DNA of 64,000 bases from Takakia lepidozioides. Lineage: Eukaryota > Plantae > Bryophyta. Below the pieces are notes generated by a model, which was given only the letters and a program-made list of their open reading frames with translations, was not told where the DNA came from and searched no databases. The position numbers and the translations under genes were made by a program. This document shows positions 52,948 to 64,000 of this stretch, piece after piece. The stretch spans positions 58,652,001 to 58,716,000 of the forward strand of contig CM060733.1 of assembly GCA_030704615.1 (NCBI GenBank), read 5' to 3'. Within the stretch, counting starts at the first letter, position 1. Each line of letters opens with the position of its first letter.

Positions 52948-53040
52948 CTGCAGGGTTGTCCATTCAAATTGATATAAGAGTGAGGCATGAGACGATGGTG
53001 TTTGAGCATGGCAAACAGGCCATGTGTGGAAGAAAAGGTG

Positions 53041-54994
53041 AGCTCAAACAGTGTGCGTTGACGCACACTGTTTGAGCTGCAAGGTAAGTGTTCATTGAAC
53101 CTCAATGAGAAGCCCTTAGTGGCCGATTTTCAGATGGAAAAAAAGAAAATGTAAGCTCAAACAGTGTGAGTTGACGCACACTGTTTGGGCTGCAAGGTAA
53201 GTGTTCAGTGAACCTCAGAGACATGCCACATAAGTGTTCATTGAACCTCAGAGACATGCCAGGTAGGTATTCATTGAACCTCAAAGAGAAGCCCTTAGTG
53301 GCCGATTTTCAAATGACAAAGGCAATGACAAGGTGAGCTCAAACAGTGTGCGTTGACGCACACTGTTTGAGCTGCCAGGTAAGTGTTCATTGAACCGCAG
53401 ACACATGCCTTGTATTGCCGAATTTCACAGGGGAAGAACAGTGACAAGGTGTGCTCAAACAGTGTGCGGCAACGCACACTGTTTGAGCTGCCACGTAAGT
53501 GATGATTGATCCTCAAATACAAACCCTATGTGGCCGATTTTCAGATGACAAATGCAATGACATGGTGATCTCAAACAGTGTGCGTTGACGCACACTGTTT
53601 GAGCTGTCAGGTAAGTGATGATTGAACCTCAAATACAAACCCTATGTGGCCGATTTTCAGATGACAAATGCAATGACATGGTGAGCTCAAACAGTGTGCG
53701 TTGACACACATTGTTTGAGCTGCCAGGTAAGTGATGATTGAACCTCAAATACAAACCCTATGTGGCCGATTTTCAGATGACAAATGCAATGACATGGTGA
53801 GCTCAAACAGTGTGCGTTGACGCACATTGTTTGAGCTGCCAGGTAATTGATGATTGAACCTCAAATACAAACCCTATGTGGCCGATTTTCAGATGACAAA
53901 TGCAATGACATGGTGAGCTCAAACAGTGTGCGTTGACGCACACTGTTTGAGCTGCCAGGTAAGTGATGATTGAACCTCAAATACAAACCCTATGTGGCCG
54001 ATTTTCAGATGACAAATGCAATGACATGGTGAGCTCAAACAGTGTGCGTTGACGCACACTGTTTGAGCTGCCAGGTAAGTGATGATTGAACCTCAAATAC
54101 AAACCCTATGTGACCGATTTTCAGATGACAAATGCAATGACATGGTGAGCTCAAATAGTGTGCGTTGACGCACACTGTTTGAGCTGCCAGGTAAGTGATG
54201 ATTGAACCTCAAATACAAACCCTATGTGGCCGATTTTCAGATGACAAATGCAATGATATGGTCAGCTCAAACAGTGTGCGTTGACGCACACTGTTTGAGC
54301 TGCCACGTAAGTGATGATTGATCCTCAAATACATGCCGTTTGTGGCCGTTTTTCAGATGAAAAAACAATGACAAGGTGGGCTCAAACAGTGTACGCCAAC
54401 GCACACTGTTTGAGCTGCCAGATAAGTGTTCATCGGTCCTCAGAGACATGCCCTATGTGGCCGATTTTCAAATGAAAAAGGCAATGATAAGGGTAGCTCA
54501 AACAGTGTGCGCCAACGCACACTGTTTGAGCTGCCAGGTAAGTGATGATTGATCCTCAAATACAAACCGTATGTGGCCGATTTTCAGATGACAAATGCAA
54601 TGACATGGTGAGCTCAAACAGTGTGCGTTGACGCACACTGTTTGAGCTGCCAGGTAAGTGATGATTGATCCTCAAATACATGCCGTTTGTGGCCGTTTTT
54701 CAGATGAAAAAACAATGACAAGGTGGGCTCAAACAGTGTGCGCCAACGCACACTGTTTGAGCTGCAAAAAGTGGAGAATTGAACCGGGCATAGTGGCCCT
54801 ATCTGGCTGTTTTTCACACCATCAACCAAGTAAAATGCGGGGCTCAAACAGTGTGCGTCAATGCACACTGTTTCAGCATCCAATTTGTGGTGGATTTAAC
54901 CTACCATAGTTCCCGAATTTGGTCGTTTCAGACATCAACAAGCCAGCAAAATGGAAGGCTCAAACAGTGTGTGTCAACGCACACTGTTTGAGCT
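53041..54994. repeat. Array of 17 38-bp palindromes (18-bp arms, 2-nt centre) with ~116-bp periodicity
   Basis: Consensus AGCTCAAACAGTGTGCGT-TG-ACGCACACTGTTTGAGCT, starting at about 53041, 53154, 53336, 53452, 53568, 53684, 53800, 53916, 54032, 54148, 54264, 54379, 54495, 54611, 54726, 54841 and 54957. Confidence 0.97.
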
Positions 54995-55118
54995 TCTTGT
55001 TCGCGGTTGATGCAACCTGGCAGAGATGCCGTGTGTAGACTATGTTCATATCGAAATAGAATCTCAACTTGGGTTCACATCAGCAATGAAGCACAAAGGT
55101 GGGTTTCAAAGATTGAAC

Positions 55119-55428
55119 CTTTTTTTTTTGCTGCTCTGAAAGACTCCCCAATCGTCGGGGACCCTTTGCGCTTCGGACTGCTCTCCACGCCTCTCATGTT
55201 CTGGAGCATCTCCCCCATCCTCTCTTCCACTATTAGGTTCTTCGTGAGGCCAGCGTCAACATCATCTTCGGCGTCTGCCTCTCCCTCGGATGCAGTGTCC
55301 TCCTCATCTGTTCTTGGAACTATGGCAGGCTGCTGTTCTTCCCCGGATTCCTGCTCTTCCATCGCCGAACTTTGCTCTTTGCCCTCTTCTTCCGCCTTTT
55401 CCTCTTCGGCCACTCTTTCCATCCTCAT
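55119..55428 (-). CDS. Acidic/basic low-complexity coding segment, probable first exon of the ParB-MTase gene
   Basis: MRMERVAEEEKAEEEG...SPKRKGSP...RAAKKK, followed by an AG|GTTC donor-like site at 55118. Joining it to the acceptor at 52948 needs a 1-nt change in the adjacent A10 run. Confidence 0.45.
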
Positions 55429-56392
55429 TCTATATCTGGCTCTATTCCTGTTTCTAGAGCTCGTGAAGTATAATGACTTCCTTCTCTTCCTCCTCCGCTG
55501 GAAACAAGGGCTCCCCACGATGCCTCTAGAGCTCTCCAGTTTGACGTTTGCAACAAGGGTTGCTATTGCATGTAACCAAAATCAAAATTGGACATTGTCA
55601 ACCGTATTTGGATGCGGGTGTTGTTATTGTGTGCGAACGGAATTCATCCATTTCGGCGTCTTTGTATTATTCAAGAAATAAAGTGCTAGAAAATATGTAC
55701 ATACGTTGCATGTACTTGTGATATATGTCAGATGTACTTCGCCGCCTGCCAATATATGGCGGCCTTCTTGCATGGTTTCAAATTCGGAAGTGCCGTAGAA
55801 ATCTAATGCTAGTTCAATTTGGAGCAGTTCTTGCAGATTCGCCATAAATGTTGTGCTTCACATATGCATCCACGTGTTTCGTACTGCCTGCCCTGTGCTT
55901 TGCATTTTGCCATCATCGTCGCCATGGGGTCATTCGGTATAAAGGGTTGTGTCGGAAATGATCTTGTGTTGCACACATCCGTGCGAGGTGACTCTTGGAG
56001 TGTCAGTGTTTGTGCTGTGCTCTTCTGGCACGGCACGACCTCATTACATTCGGGGTCTTCCTGTTTACTGCTCTCCAGGGTTGTTGCCGTCTTTCCATAA
56101 AGGATGGTTTCATGTCATGTTCAGGGTTTGTTTTTCATCCAAAAACAGCACGGCTTCTTGTGGCTTCCTGTATTTGAAAACAGTTTTTCTAGTTGGTGTC
56201 TCTCAGCGTGGTTATCTCCGAAGTTCAGTGCATGTCATTCCTGCATCCTTTTGATGCATCGCCCGCAGCCTTTGGGTTAGTGCTACCCTTGTTGACCTCA
56301 ATTTTTTTGTGGTGGATCCCCTTTCGAGAATTGCGGGCTATCAATTCGGGGATTCCGTTGTGAATCGAAAGTTTCGGTCAGCGTAGGAAAAC

Positions 56393-59300
56393 ATGTCCAG
56401 GGACAGAGATAGACTAGCCCGATTTCATTCCAATGCAGGTAGTCTTCCACTGACTGCCACTGCAGACGACGATGGGTTTGCAGTTGTTCATGAGGATGAG
56501 CTGGTTACAGTGTTCCCACTGGAATTGGGTTCTCTGCTTGTTCAAAAAGAGGTGTATGACGAGGATGGGAATTTGGATTCTGGACATTTGGAGAAACCAT
56601 TGGTTGGCGAGTGTGGAAGGAAGTGGAGAGTCCTTCCAGGCACATACCGTGTCCTTGGAAAAGAGAGAAGACAATCAGCAGGATCAGTCATTACCCCTGG
56701 AACTGCAGCATCGGTCGTGCAGCAAAAGGGCACAGTTCATGTGAAACAAGAGGTGAGCACATCCACTACATTCGTGACTCTTTCAGACTCGTCCTCGGAG
56801 GATGTTTCTGAGATTCCTCCGCCAGTGCAGACTCCATTCTTGGATGAATCCGAATTGCAAGAGATAACGAGTGTCATTCCAAAATTGAAAGCCCTCGCAG
56901 GGGTGCCTGGGTGCAAGAGCGAGCTGCGTTTTGTTGATTGGGAGTCCCTTCGTGTGCAGCGGGTTCAATACGTGCCAGCAGAGTTTGATGGGGACATCTT
57001 GTTTGAGCTCAACCCTCCCACGTCTTCCAATGGACTGGCTGGGCTTCTGCAGGGCATGGACAAGAAACATGACGGACACCCTTGGTGCAGGACAAAAACG
57101 TCAAACATCCACAACGACATTGGATTGAAATTTCGAAGGTCGGTTTGCGTTGGGCATTGCAAGTGCCTGAATATATCTTGCCCTCGCCTGAGAAACAGCG
57201 CTCAACCAAACGAAAGTGAGTGGGAAGGTGTGCCCTTGAATCCTTTCACCCCAGGACTTGCCCCTCCCAAGACCAATACTTTTGTGTGCAGGTTCTGCAA
57301 ACTTTCCCCGTCTTGTGTTTCTGTGTGCCACGCTCGTATGTACCAGGTGGCACACCGATGCAAGACAATGACTCGTGCCTGCATTCATATGGGTGCACAC
57401 GAGCATCCTGTGTCCAAAGGAAGTTGCAGGGATAGCGTGGACATCGCTAGAAATCTGCTGAAGCAGGAGTTCCACAATGCCCCTTGTGCAACACCTTCTG
57501 CTATAGCGCTTGCAGCTAGCAAGGCTTTCCTGGAAAAACACATATTGGATGAAGGGGATTCGACACAACCAATGCTGGATGCAGATTCGCTTGATGCAGT
57601 GATGGACCATTTCTCCGTGTTGAGCTCTCCCAATATTCGAAACCAGGTGAATGCACTCAGAGTCGGCACAGGCACTGCTGGATTCATGGACAACATTATG
57701 GACCTCAAACGGAGAAGTCGCTATGAATTCATTCAAAACAGTATCTTCCCTGGCCAGGGCTCATCCAAGGTGTATTTGTTCAAGATGTCCGCAGTGGGCG
57801 AAGGCAGTGGTGTGAGCATTGTCCGCCGAATGCAACCTGGAGGAGATTTGGCTAAATGTTGGTTGATGTTTGATCACTGCAAACGGGTGAAGGGTTGGAC
57901 AACCATGGCGTGCCATGTGTATGATCCAGCGTACCAGCGTGTGCTCTCAATAGCAATTTGTGATATGCAGTCGGAGGACACTGAATCCCAGATGCTCATG
58001 TGGAATTCGCTCCTGGCCGTCATGCAGCGCAATGGAATACAGAACACAAATTTTGCGGGCTTCATGGCTGATAGTGCACAGGCAAATTTCAATGCAGTGC
58101 GGCGCGTGTTTGGTTCGGGGGATCCTAAGGTCCCAATGGAAAATAAGGAGCGCACATGCCTCTTCCATTGGAGTCAATCTCTGGCACGTCATACAAAGCG
58201 GTGCATTCGCCCTGACCTTCAGTTGGAGCACAGAAGGCTCTGTCTCAAGTACAAAAATGCCAACTCAATGGGAGAAGCTGAGAGCACTTACCAAGCAATC
58301 CGGGCTTGGTGGTTCTCCTCTGGTGCTGCTACTGGTATCCACCTGAAGGAGTTGGAGGACTGGTTGGTTTTCTGGCACTTCAGATACAGACAGTGGGGAG
58401 CTTTCATGACGACGGTAAGCCTCTTGAATCCCAAAATCAGAAATTTTGCATCGTGCCTCTTCATTTGGGGTTCTTGGATTGTCGCTTGCAGAACCTCTTC
58501 CATTTCCTTTCCTTCCTCACATTTCCATGCAATGCCTCATGCAGGACATGTCCTTGGAGGACTTGGCCGACATGCCATCCTGTAATTTGGCGGAGACTGT
58601 TCATAACGCCTGGATGCAGCAATCTACCAAAGCAGGTCGTGACTTGTATGTGGCCACTGCTGATGACATGGTGCGGGCACTCACACAACAAACCAGGTAC
58701 CGCAATTTTCTGATGGGACGGGGTGGAGGCAAGGGCCCCGGTACGACTTTGTTGATGCTAAGGGCTGCGAGTAGGTCCGGAGACCCATCCAAGATGGCCA
58801 GAGCTCTGAACAGGTGCACTGAAGGCTCCCCTTTGCAATCCAGGCTCCCTCATTTGGAAGGCGAGGAAAGATTTGGATCATGCAAAAGGAAATTGAACAC
58901 TCTTCCAGGTTCAGATGGAGATTCCCATCGCCCAGACAGGGTCAATTTCTCTGTGCCAAAGGTGTCTCCAGTGCAGACTAAGTCGTGTGCCGGCCCCTTC
59001 CCAGGTGGGTCCTCCTCCTGTGGAGCAGGTGCAGAACATGCAAGCACAGCAGCAGGAATCCCATTGGAGGAGGTGGTGGCCATGGTGCAGGAATCTGATT
59101 GCATTGATAGTGAGTGGCATATAGAACGCACCCCACCAGGATCTAGAGTTGCTTGCATGGCAATTCGGACCCCCTCTTTCAAGAAATGCAAATCAAAAAT
59201 ATGCAAAGGCTCCAGGGGGACTCCAGCTCCAACATTCACAGGGTTGTTCCGACCTTATCATAGTGGGGAGTCAAAGGACCACAAGTTCTGGTTCTGCCCA

Positions 59301-59957
59301 GACGATATGGCACGATGCGTCAAGGGAACAGTTCGTCCTTCGGTGATAATGAAACCCCCTCCCCCCGCAATTTGGCCTGTGAAACTTGGGACGTCGCTGT
59401 CAACAACCGAGATAAGCATGCTGGAGGAGGGAGGGTTTTGTCTTGCACGATCCCGAGTGGTGTCCTTGTGCACTGTCGGCACAGATGTGCCACAAGCTGC
59501 GGCAATGCCTCCACCCGGTGCCGACTCCCACCCAACAAAAAGAGATGGAAAAACAGTGCGTCGTGTCGCTTCGGGTGCAGATCACGAATGCAAGATGGAA
59601 TCGGCTAGAATTTTGCAGGCTCGGGTGGCTCGTATCACCGAAGTCCCTGCCCCGGGGTATGGACGGATTTACACAGTGCTGTCTATTGGCTCAGTTCTTC
59701 ATGGCAAAGAATATCAGGTTACCGTGGGGAATTTCCCTACTTGCACTTGTCCGGATTTTGTAACGATGCGTGAGGGCGCTCTCGGCATGAGAGGGAAGTG
59801 GGTCCCCTGCAAGCATCAATATTACATATACCTTGTAATTATGTGTTGCGACGGTAAGAGAGACCAATTCATTCACCAAGCCACACTAGGCTACGGAGAA
59901 GTCATCACCCTTCTGCAGCGGGACACCTCACGTAGGGCTCCGCCAAATTCTCTTTGA
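56393..59957 (+). CDS. MULE-superfamily DDE transposase with an N-terminal GCM-like Zn domain and a C-terminal SWIM finger; 2 exons (56393-58414, 58545-59957), ~1144 aa, apparently intact
   Basis: GCM/WRKY-like region DGHPWCRTKTSN...RSVCVGHCKC..C...C..C...H.H. Catalytic core LMFDH, FMADSAQANFNAVRRVF, CLFH (CxxH) and CNLAETVHN. SWIM motif CTCPDF...CKHQYY. The GTAAGC...GCAG intron is phase 0 on both sides. Confidence 0.88.
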
Positions 59958-62900
59958 ACACATACGAGCCATGCCCGTTTCCCATGCTGGTTTCAAGGTT
60001 ACCGTGTGAAGACTTTGCATTTAGGACAAACACATACATTTCGTTCACGGAACCAGGGCAAATGCACATGCCATTCATTGTAAGCGTCTATCTGTGAATT
60101 GAAATAAAGTGTGTCAATCATTCTGAGCTCAATTGCCATATTTTCATATTCCTCTTTTTGTGCAGGCATTGCAGACATGGTGCATGGTGGCCCCCTTTGT
60201 TTTGTCCACGGTAATAGGCCCTCTTCTTGCAATCCTCGCTTATAGGACCTGCTTCTCCAGCAGATTTGTGCCGCTCACCCTTCCTTGAAGCATGAGCTCA
60301 GCTCACGCTTTGCAGCTACAACGTGAGCTCAGCTCCCAGGCTCACGGGGCTGGGCTCACGCCGTAGCTACGCTGATTTGATCAATATAGCTTCTAAAACT
60401 GTATTGCATCTCTGCAAAACCCGTTCCTCCTTTGCCTGGTTTTTAGTTTTTACTACCATCCACCTTGGTTATGGTGGCCTTCCCGTTCCATTTTCTTGCC
60501 TCTTGCCCCGGTTGGCTCCTCCTTTTGGCTTTCAGCTCGGCCCTTTTCTTTTCTCCGTGTTCTTGCGTACGTCTTCGCTCGTTTGTTTTGTCATTCGAAC
60601 CCCATGTGTAAGCCTTGGGTGGAGTATCGAAACAGGGGCAGTATCAGATCGCTTGCCTCAACACAAAAATCTTGAGCCGCTAGGGTTTGGAGATATGATC
60701 TTTAATAATGTTTAGTTCGTTTCTTCATGGTAGCGTAGCTCACGATTTGTTGTTTCTGTTTGGTTATACAAACATAAGGTCAGATTTTCAAACTAGTTTA
60801 GGTTCTAATCTCAACAATTTTGTCAATAGAAATAAACAGCAGCACAACTTTGTAATTACAGACACCGTGTTAGAAGAATTATATCTTGAAACCATTCCAA
60901 TGTTTGTTTTTTTAATGTCACTTGAAACCTTGAAGGGAATAATTGAGCGTCTAGATTGTTGAAAGTTTTGAACAGTATTCTGTTACGATTGGGGACGTGG
61001 AGAGGTGGTGGATGTGGGGAATGGGATCTTGATTTCGTAGATGTTTGGGGAGCACCCTTCAACAAAATCATGCGGAGATAACACACCGCACCCCTACGTC
61101 CATTCAGAATAGCGAGCCGATTTGATAACAGAATAAGGAGATATATGAATGACTGCAAAGACTCCGGGGGCATGAGCAGCCCCCCACGAGCGCATCGACA
61201 TCAACATGTCGAGGTGGGGCACGCACTTGGGGTTTAGATACCGAGGGACCTTGGAGGAGGTCGTGTTACACTACAAGAGATGAGCGTTTTTAGGACTACG
61301 GCTTTGGCGGAGTCATAAAAATTGCACTAGGTAGATGACTACAGAGCGCTGAAATGCATTGCAGTCATAGTTTTATGACTTTGTAGTAATGGATATCACT
61401 ACATGACTCCGGAAAGTTAGGGAGCATTGGTCAAACATTGTTGACCATGATGACAGGGATGGTTTATATGACTAGTGTGATATGTTTGACTACACGTGGA
61501 CGACGTTTCATGGAATCTTATGACTCCATGACTGAAGATGGTTTCACAGCTCTATTTATACGACTACATCACTACACGTGTCATTTTGAAGGCACATATA
61601 ATGCAAATAAGGTTGCCCATTAGGTTTAAAAAAATTAAAAAGTTGCTAATAAGGTTGCCCATTAGGGTAATCGTGAACAGAAAGGAAGGCTGGGACTTGG
61701 CGTTTTTTTTTGTCTCCTGCGCCACACCACATAGCCGAGGGATGGAACGCGATGATAGCAGGATATGCAGGGGCGTGGGATGGAGGCGTTGAGCAAATGA
61801 TGCACGAAAGAGAAGAGGAGGAGGAGAGGAGACGAGGAGAAGCGAGCTCGCCGTTCTTGGGAGAGTCAGCTTGGTCTTAGCAGGTGTGTTTGAATCTCTG
61901 ACTACTCAGCTATGCCGTAGTCGTTCGATCTCACAGACCAATCCGACATTACCTGACTACAGACACAAGCAGCACACACAAGAGGTCCTTTTAGGTTGAT
62001 GGTCGGTCAAATCCTCCATGGGTCAGGACAGGTCAAGGACAATGTGGTAGGGCACCTTCTTCTTCAACCTATTTCAGCCTGTGTTGCCCTTTTACCATAC
62101 TCGGCCGCAAGATGCATATTGAATTCTGTAAGTTAGGTCGTTGGGTAGATTTCGCCAACTCTTCCCTTCACACTTGGCGGGTTGTAGCCACACACATAAT
62201 GCAGACTCGTCCCAAAAGTTTGCTTCAAGATGGCCAACCAACTCAGACTCATCGAGATTGATGTGAGATGATTCGCGAAGAGTTCCATGAGGAATTCACC
62301 AGAGTAGGATTCTAGTGAACAGAATGATCTCAGCATGGCCGTTTTTAATGGTGGCAACCAAAGGCTGGAACTTTCAGTATAGAATAGTGTTACAGTTATT
62401 ACTTGTTTTAGAGTGACCTCTCTGTTTGTACGTAGCCATGGCCCAGTTTCATGTATTTCTCATGACCCAGCCCGCATCCTTGTACCATTCTGGGGTAAGA
62501 GTATCTACAAGGATTGTTAAAAGGAGAATTTCTTATGTGGAACTCGCGACTGGGTCTCATGGGATTGCGGTACCAGAATGTAAGAGAAGTAGATTCAAGC
62601 TGTTCGCTTCCGACAATACAAGTGGTGCCAGGTGAGACATTGTTTTTTGGCGTAGCGAGGGTTGCGAGGGATGTTGAGGACGAAGCATGGAGATCGACAG
62701 CTGAGATGTAAAAACTTGAGAAACGACGAGGATGTAGGGACCATCTATTTAAGAAGATTACAATTTTCGGCAGTTAGATAGAAGTTATCAAATTTTCCCC
62801 GACAGTGTTATGCTCTTGGCCCTAAAAGACCAGTTGAGCATCGTAGTGGGTGCCTTTGCTACAAGAAGCAGGATAGAAGAGACAGAAGAAGAATGGACTA

Positions 62901-63589
62901 TATGTCCACATAAAGCCAAAGAGTTAATCGGACAGCCTTTCTATTTGTCTCCAACAAGGCATCATAAGCATTGCCCTATCTGTGCTATCGTTTATTAGTT
63001 TGTCTGGTTGTTTTTACTGGCATCATACTTCAATGGTATGTAACTTGGTTACTCGTCATTCAGTGTAGAAAGAAATGATGCAGCTGCCACGGGACCGCTA
63101 ATGAAGCCTGATCCAATGGTACATTCTCTCTCTCTCTCTCTTTCTCTCCCTAATGTCTCATGACTCTCTCTGTCTCTCTCTGTCTGTGTCTCGCTGCATT
63201 CTTAGGGATGTAATCTCTCCATATTGGCCTCATGTCACATTAGGATATCAAACTAGATATAGTATCAATATTGATTCTTATATGGGGCGTCATTAAAGTG
63301 GAGGATCTATGGCACTTCCTTACTTAGGCCACCCACTGTGAAGGATTTCAAAGGCTGTGACGTCCATGTAATGGCCAAGCATGACAGTAAAGAGTACATC
63401 CCTCTCCCATTCCTGACATTGAACGGATGTAGTGGGTTATGTATAGCTGACAGCAGAGGATGCAGTGAAGGTGCAAATGGATGCTTTGGCATTGAATGAC
63501 GAGCCCCATCCTGACCATGGCCTAGAGGTGGGCCTCTATCCTTATGAGAACATGGATAGCTGAAGAAGCAGGGATAGAGAGTGGGTACA

Positions 63590-64000
63590 GATTCTTCCAA
63601 GAGGGCCAGATTTCAAGCACAAAATTACCTATGATTCCCTATGGATCAATAGCCACAAGAAACCTGCATGGGTAGATGGTCAACTGAAGGCAGCAGCTGC
63701 AGCGGCACAGTTGATAAAACCAGGCACCTGAACCGTAACCACAACTTCTAGAAGCGGATCAAGAGAGGGAGTCCATAATGTCTCTTCTGGCACTTATGGG
63801 CATGTGAAGATGCTTTGTGAGGCAGGAGACTGACAGAGGCTCTATAGACTTTAAACCAAGGAGGCATTTCAGCAGATTCAGATACGTATGTCTGTCTCTT
63901 GCATAAGTGCATCAAGGTGAAAGGCCTGGAAGCTGAAAAGCAGGTGCAAACTCACATTATCCAAAGTGGATTCACGCCAAATGTTTTTCTCCTCAACACC
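63590..64000 (+). pseudogene. Start of another PDF-motif plus PPR gene copy, running off the window end
   Basis: ILPRGPDFKHKITYDSLWINSHKKPAWVDGQL, then the same lead-in to PLS motifs as at 34200-34430 and 40830-41040. It contains apparent lesions. Confidence 0.8.

Larger units (their letters stand above)
48170..60374. mobile_element. 12.2-kb composite Mutator-like (MULE) DNA transposon
   Basis: ATTTGATCA direct repeat at 48161-48169 and 60375-60383. GTGAGCC motif cluster at 48185-48230 and inverted (G)GCTCAC cluster at 60301-60360. Contains an internal MULE transposase. Confidence 0.8.

Noticed and set aside
53041-54994. CRISPR array interpretation of the palindromic repeat-spacer pattern
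   Set aside because: Most spacers are near-identical copies of each other (~78 bp), no cas genes are visible, and the context is an intron-rich eukaryotic genome.
55007-55681. 224-aa plus-strand ORF
   Set aside because: Ser/Leu-rich antisense shadow of the Glu-rich minus-strand segment, with no recognisable motif.
56393-59957. Assignment of the transposase to P, hAT, Kolobok or KDZ
   Set aside because: The ADxAxAxxNAVxxVF...CxFH...NxxE pattern, the SWIM finger and the 9-bp duplication fit MULE better. The CAG...CTG/7-bp alternative is noted but is not enough to reassign it.
60384-63500. Coding-like relics and a (CT)n tract to the right of the MULE
   Set aside because: Short interrupted frames with no identifiable domain; the microsatellite is ordinary.

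Overview
Intron-rich land-plant nuclear DNA, probably from a non-seed plant (inferred from gene content, not established). The left half holds host genes on the minus strand: one ABCG/PDR exon, an MRS2/CorA Mg2+ transporter with an unusual C-terminal EF-hand, an At4g18490-like gene and an NAD-IDH regulatory subunit. Decayed LINEs of two families are interspersed. The right half is a cluster of decayed PLS-class PPR genes that carry OSB-type PDF motifs. It is interrupted by a long LINE, an intronless ORF resembling phage T7 gp2.5-type SSBs, and a 12.2-kb composite Mutator-like transposon (48170-60374, 9-bp flanking duplication ATTTGATCA). That element is the main candidate for an undescribed system. 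It encodes an apparently intact GCM-like/DDE/SWIM transposase and, divergently, a spliced but lesioned gene fusing a ParB/Srx-like domain to a prokaryote-type beta-class amino (N6-A/N4-C) DNA methyltransferase. Between them lie 17 copies of a 38-bp palindrome spaced about 116 bp apart. Family assignments come from motifs recognised by eye; no searches were run.
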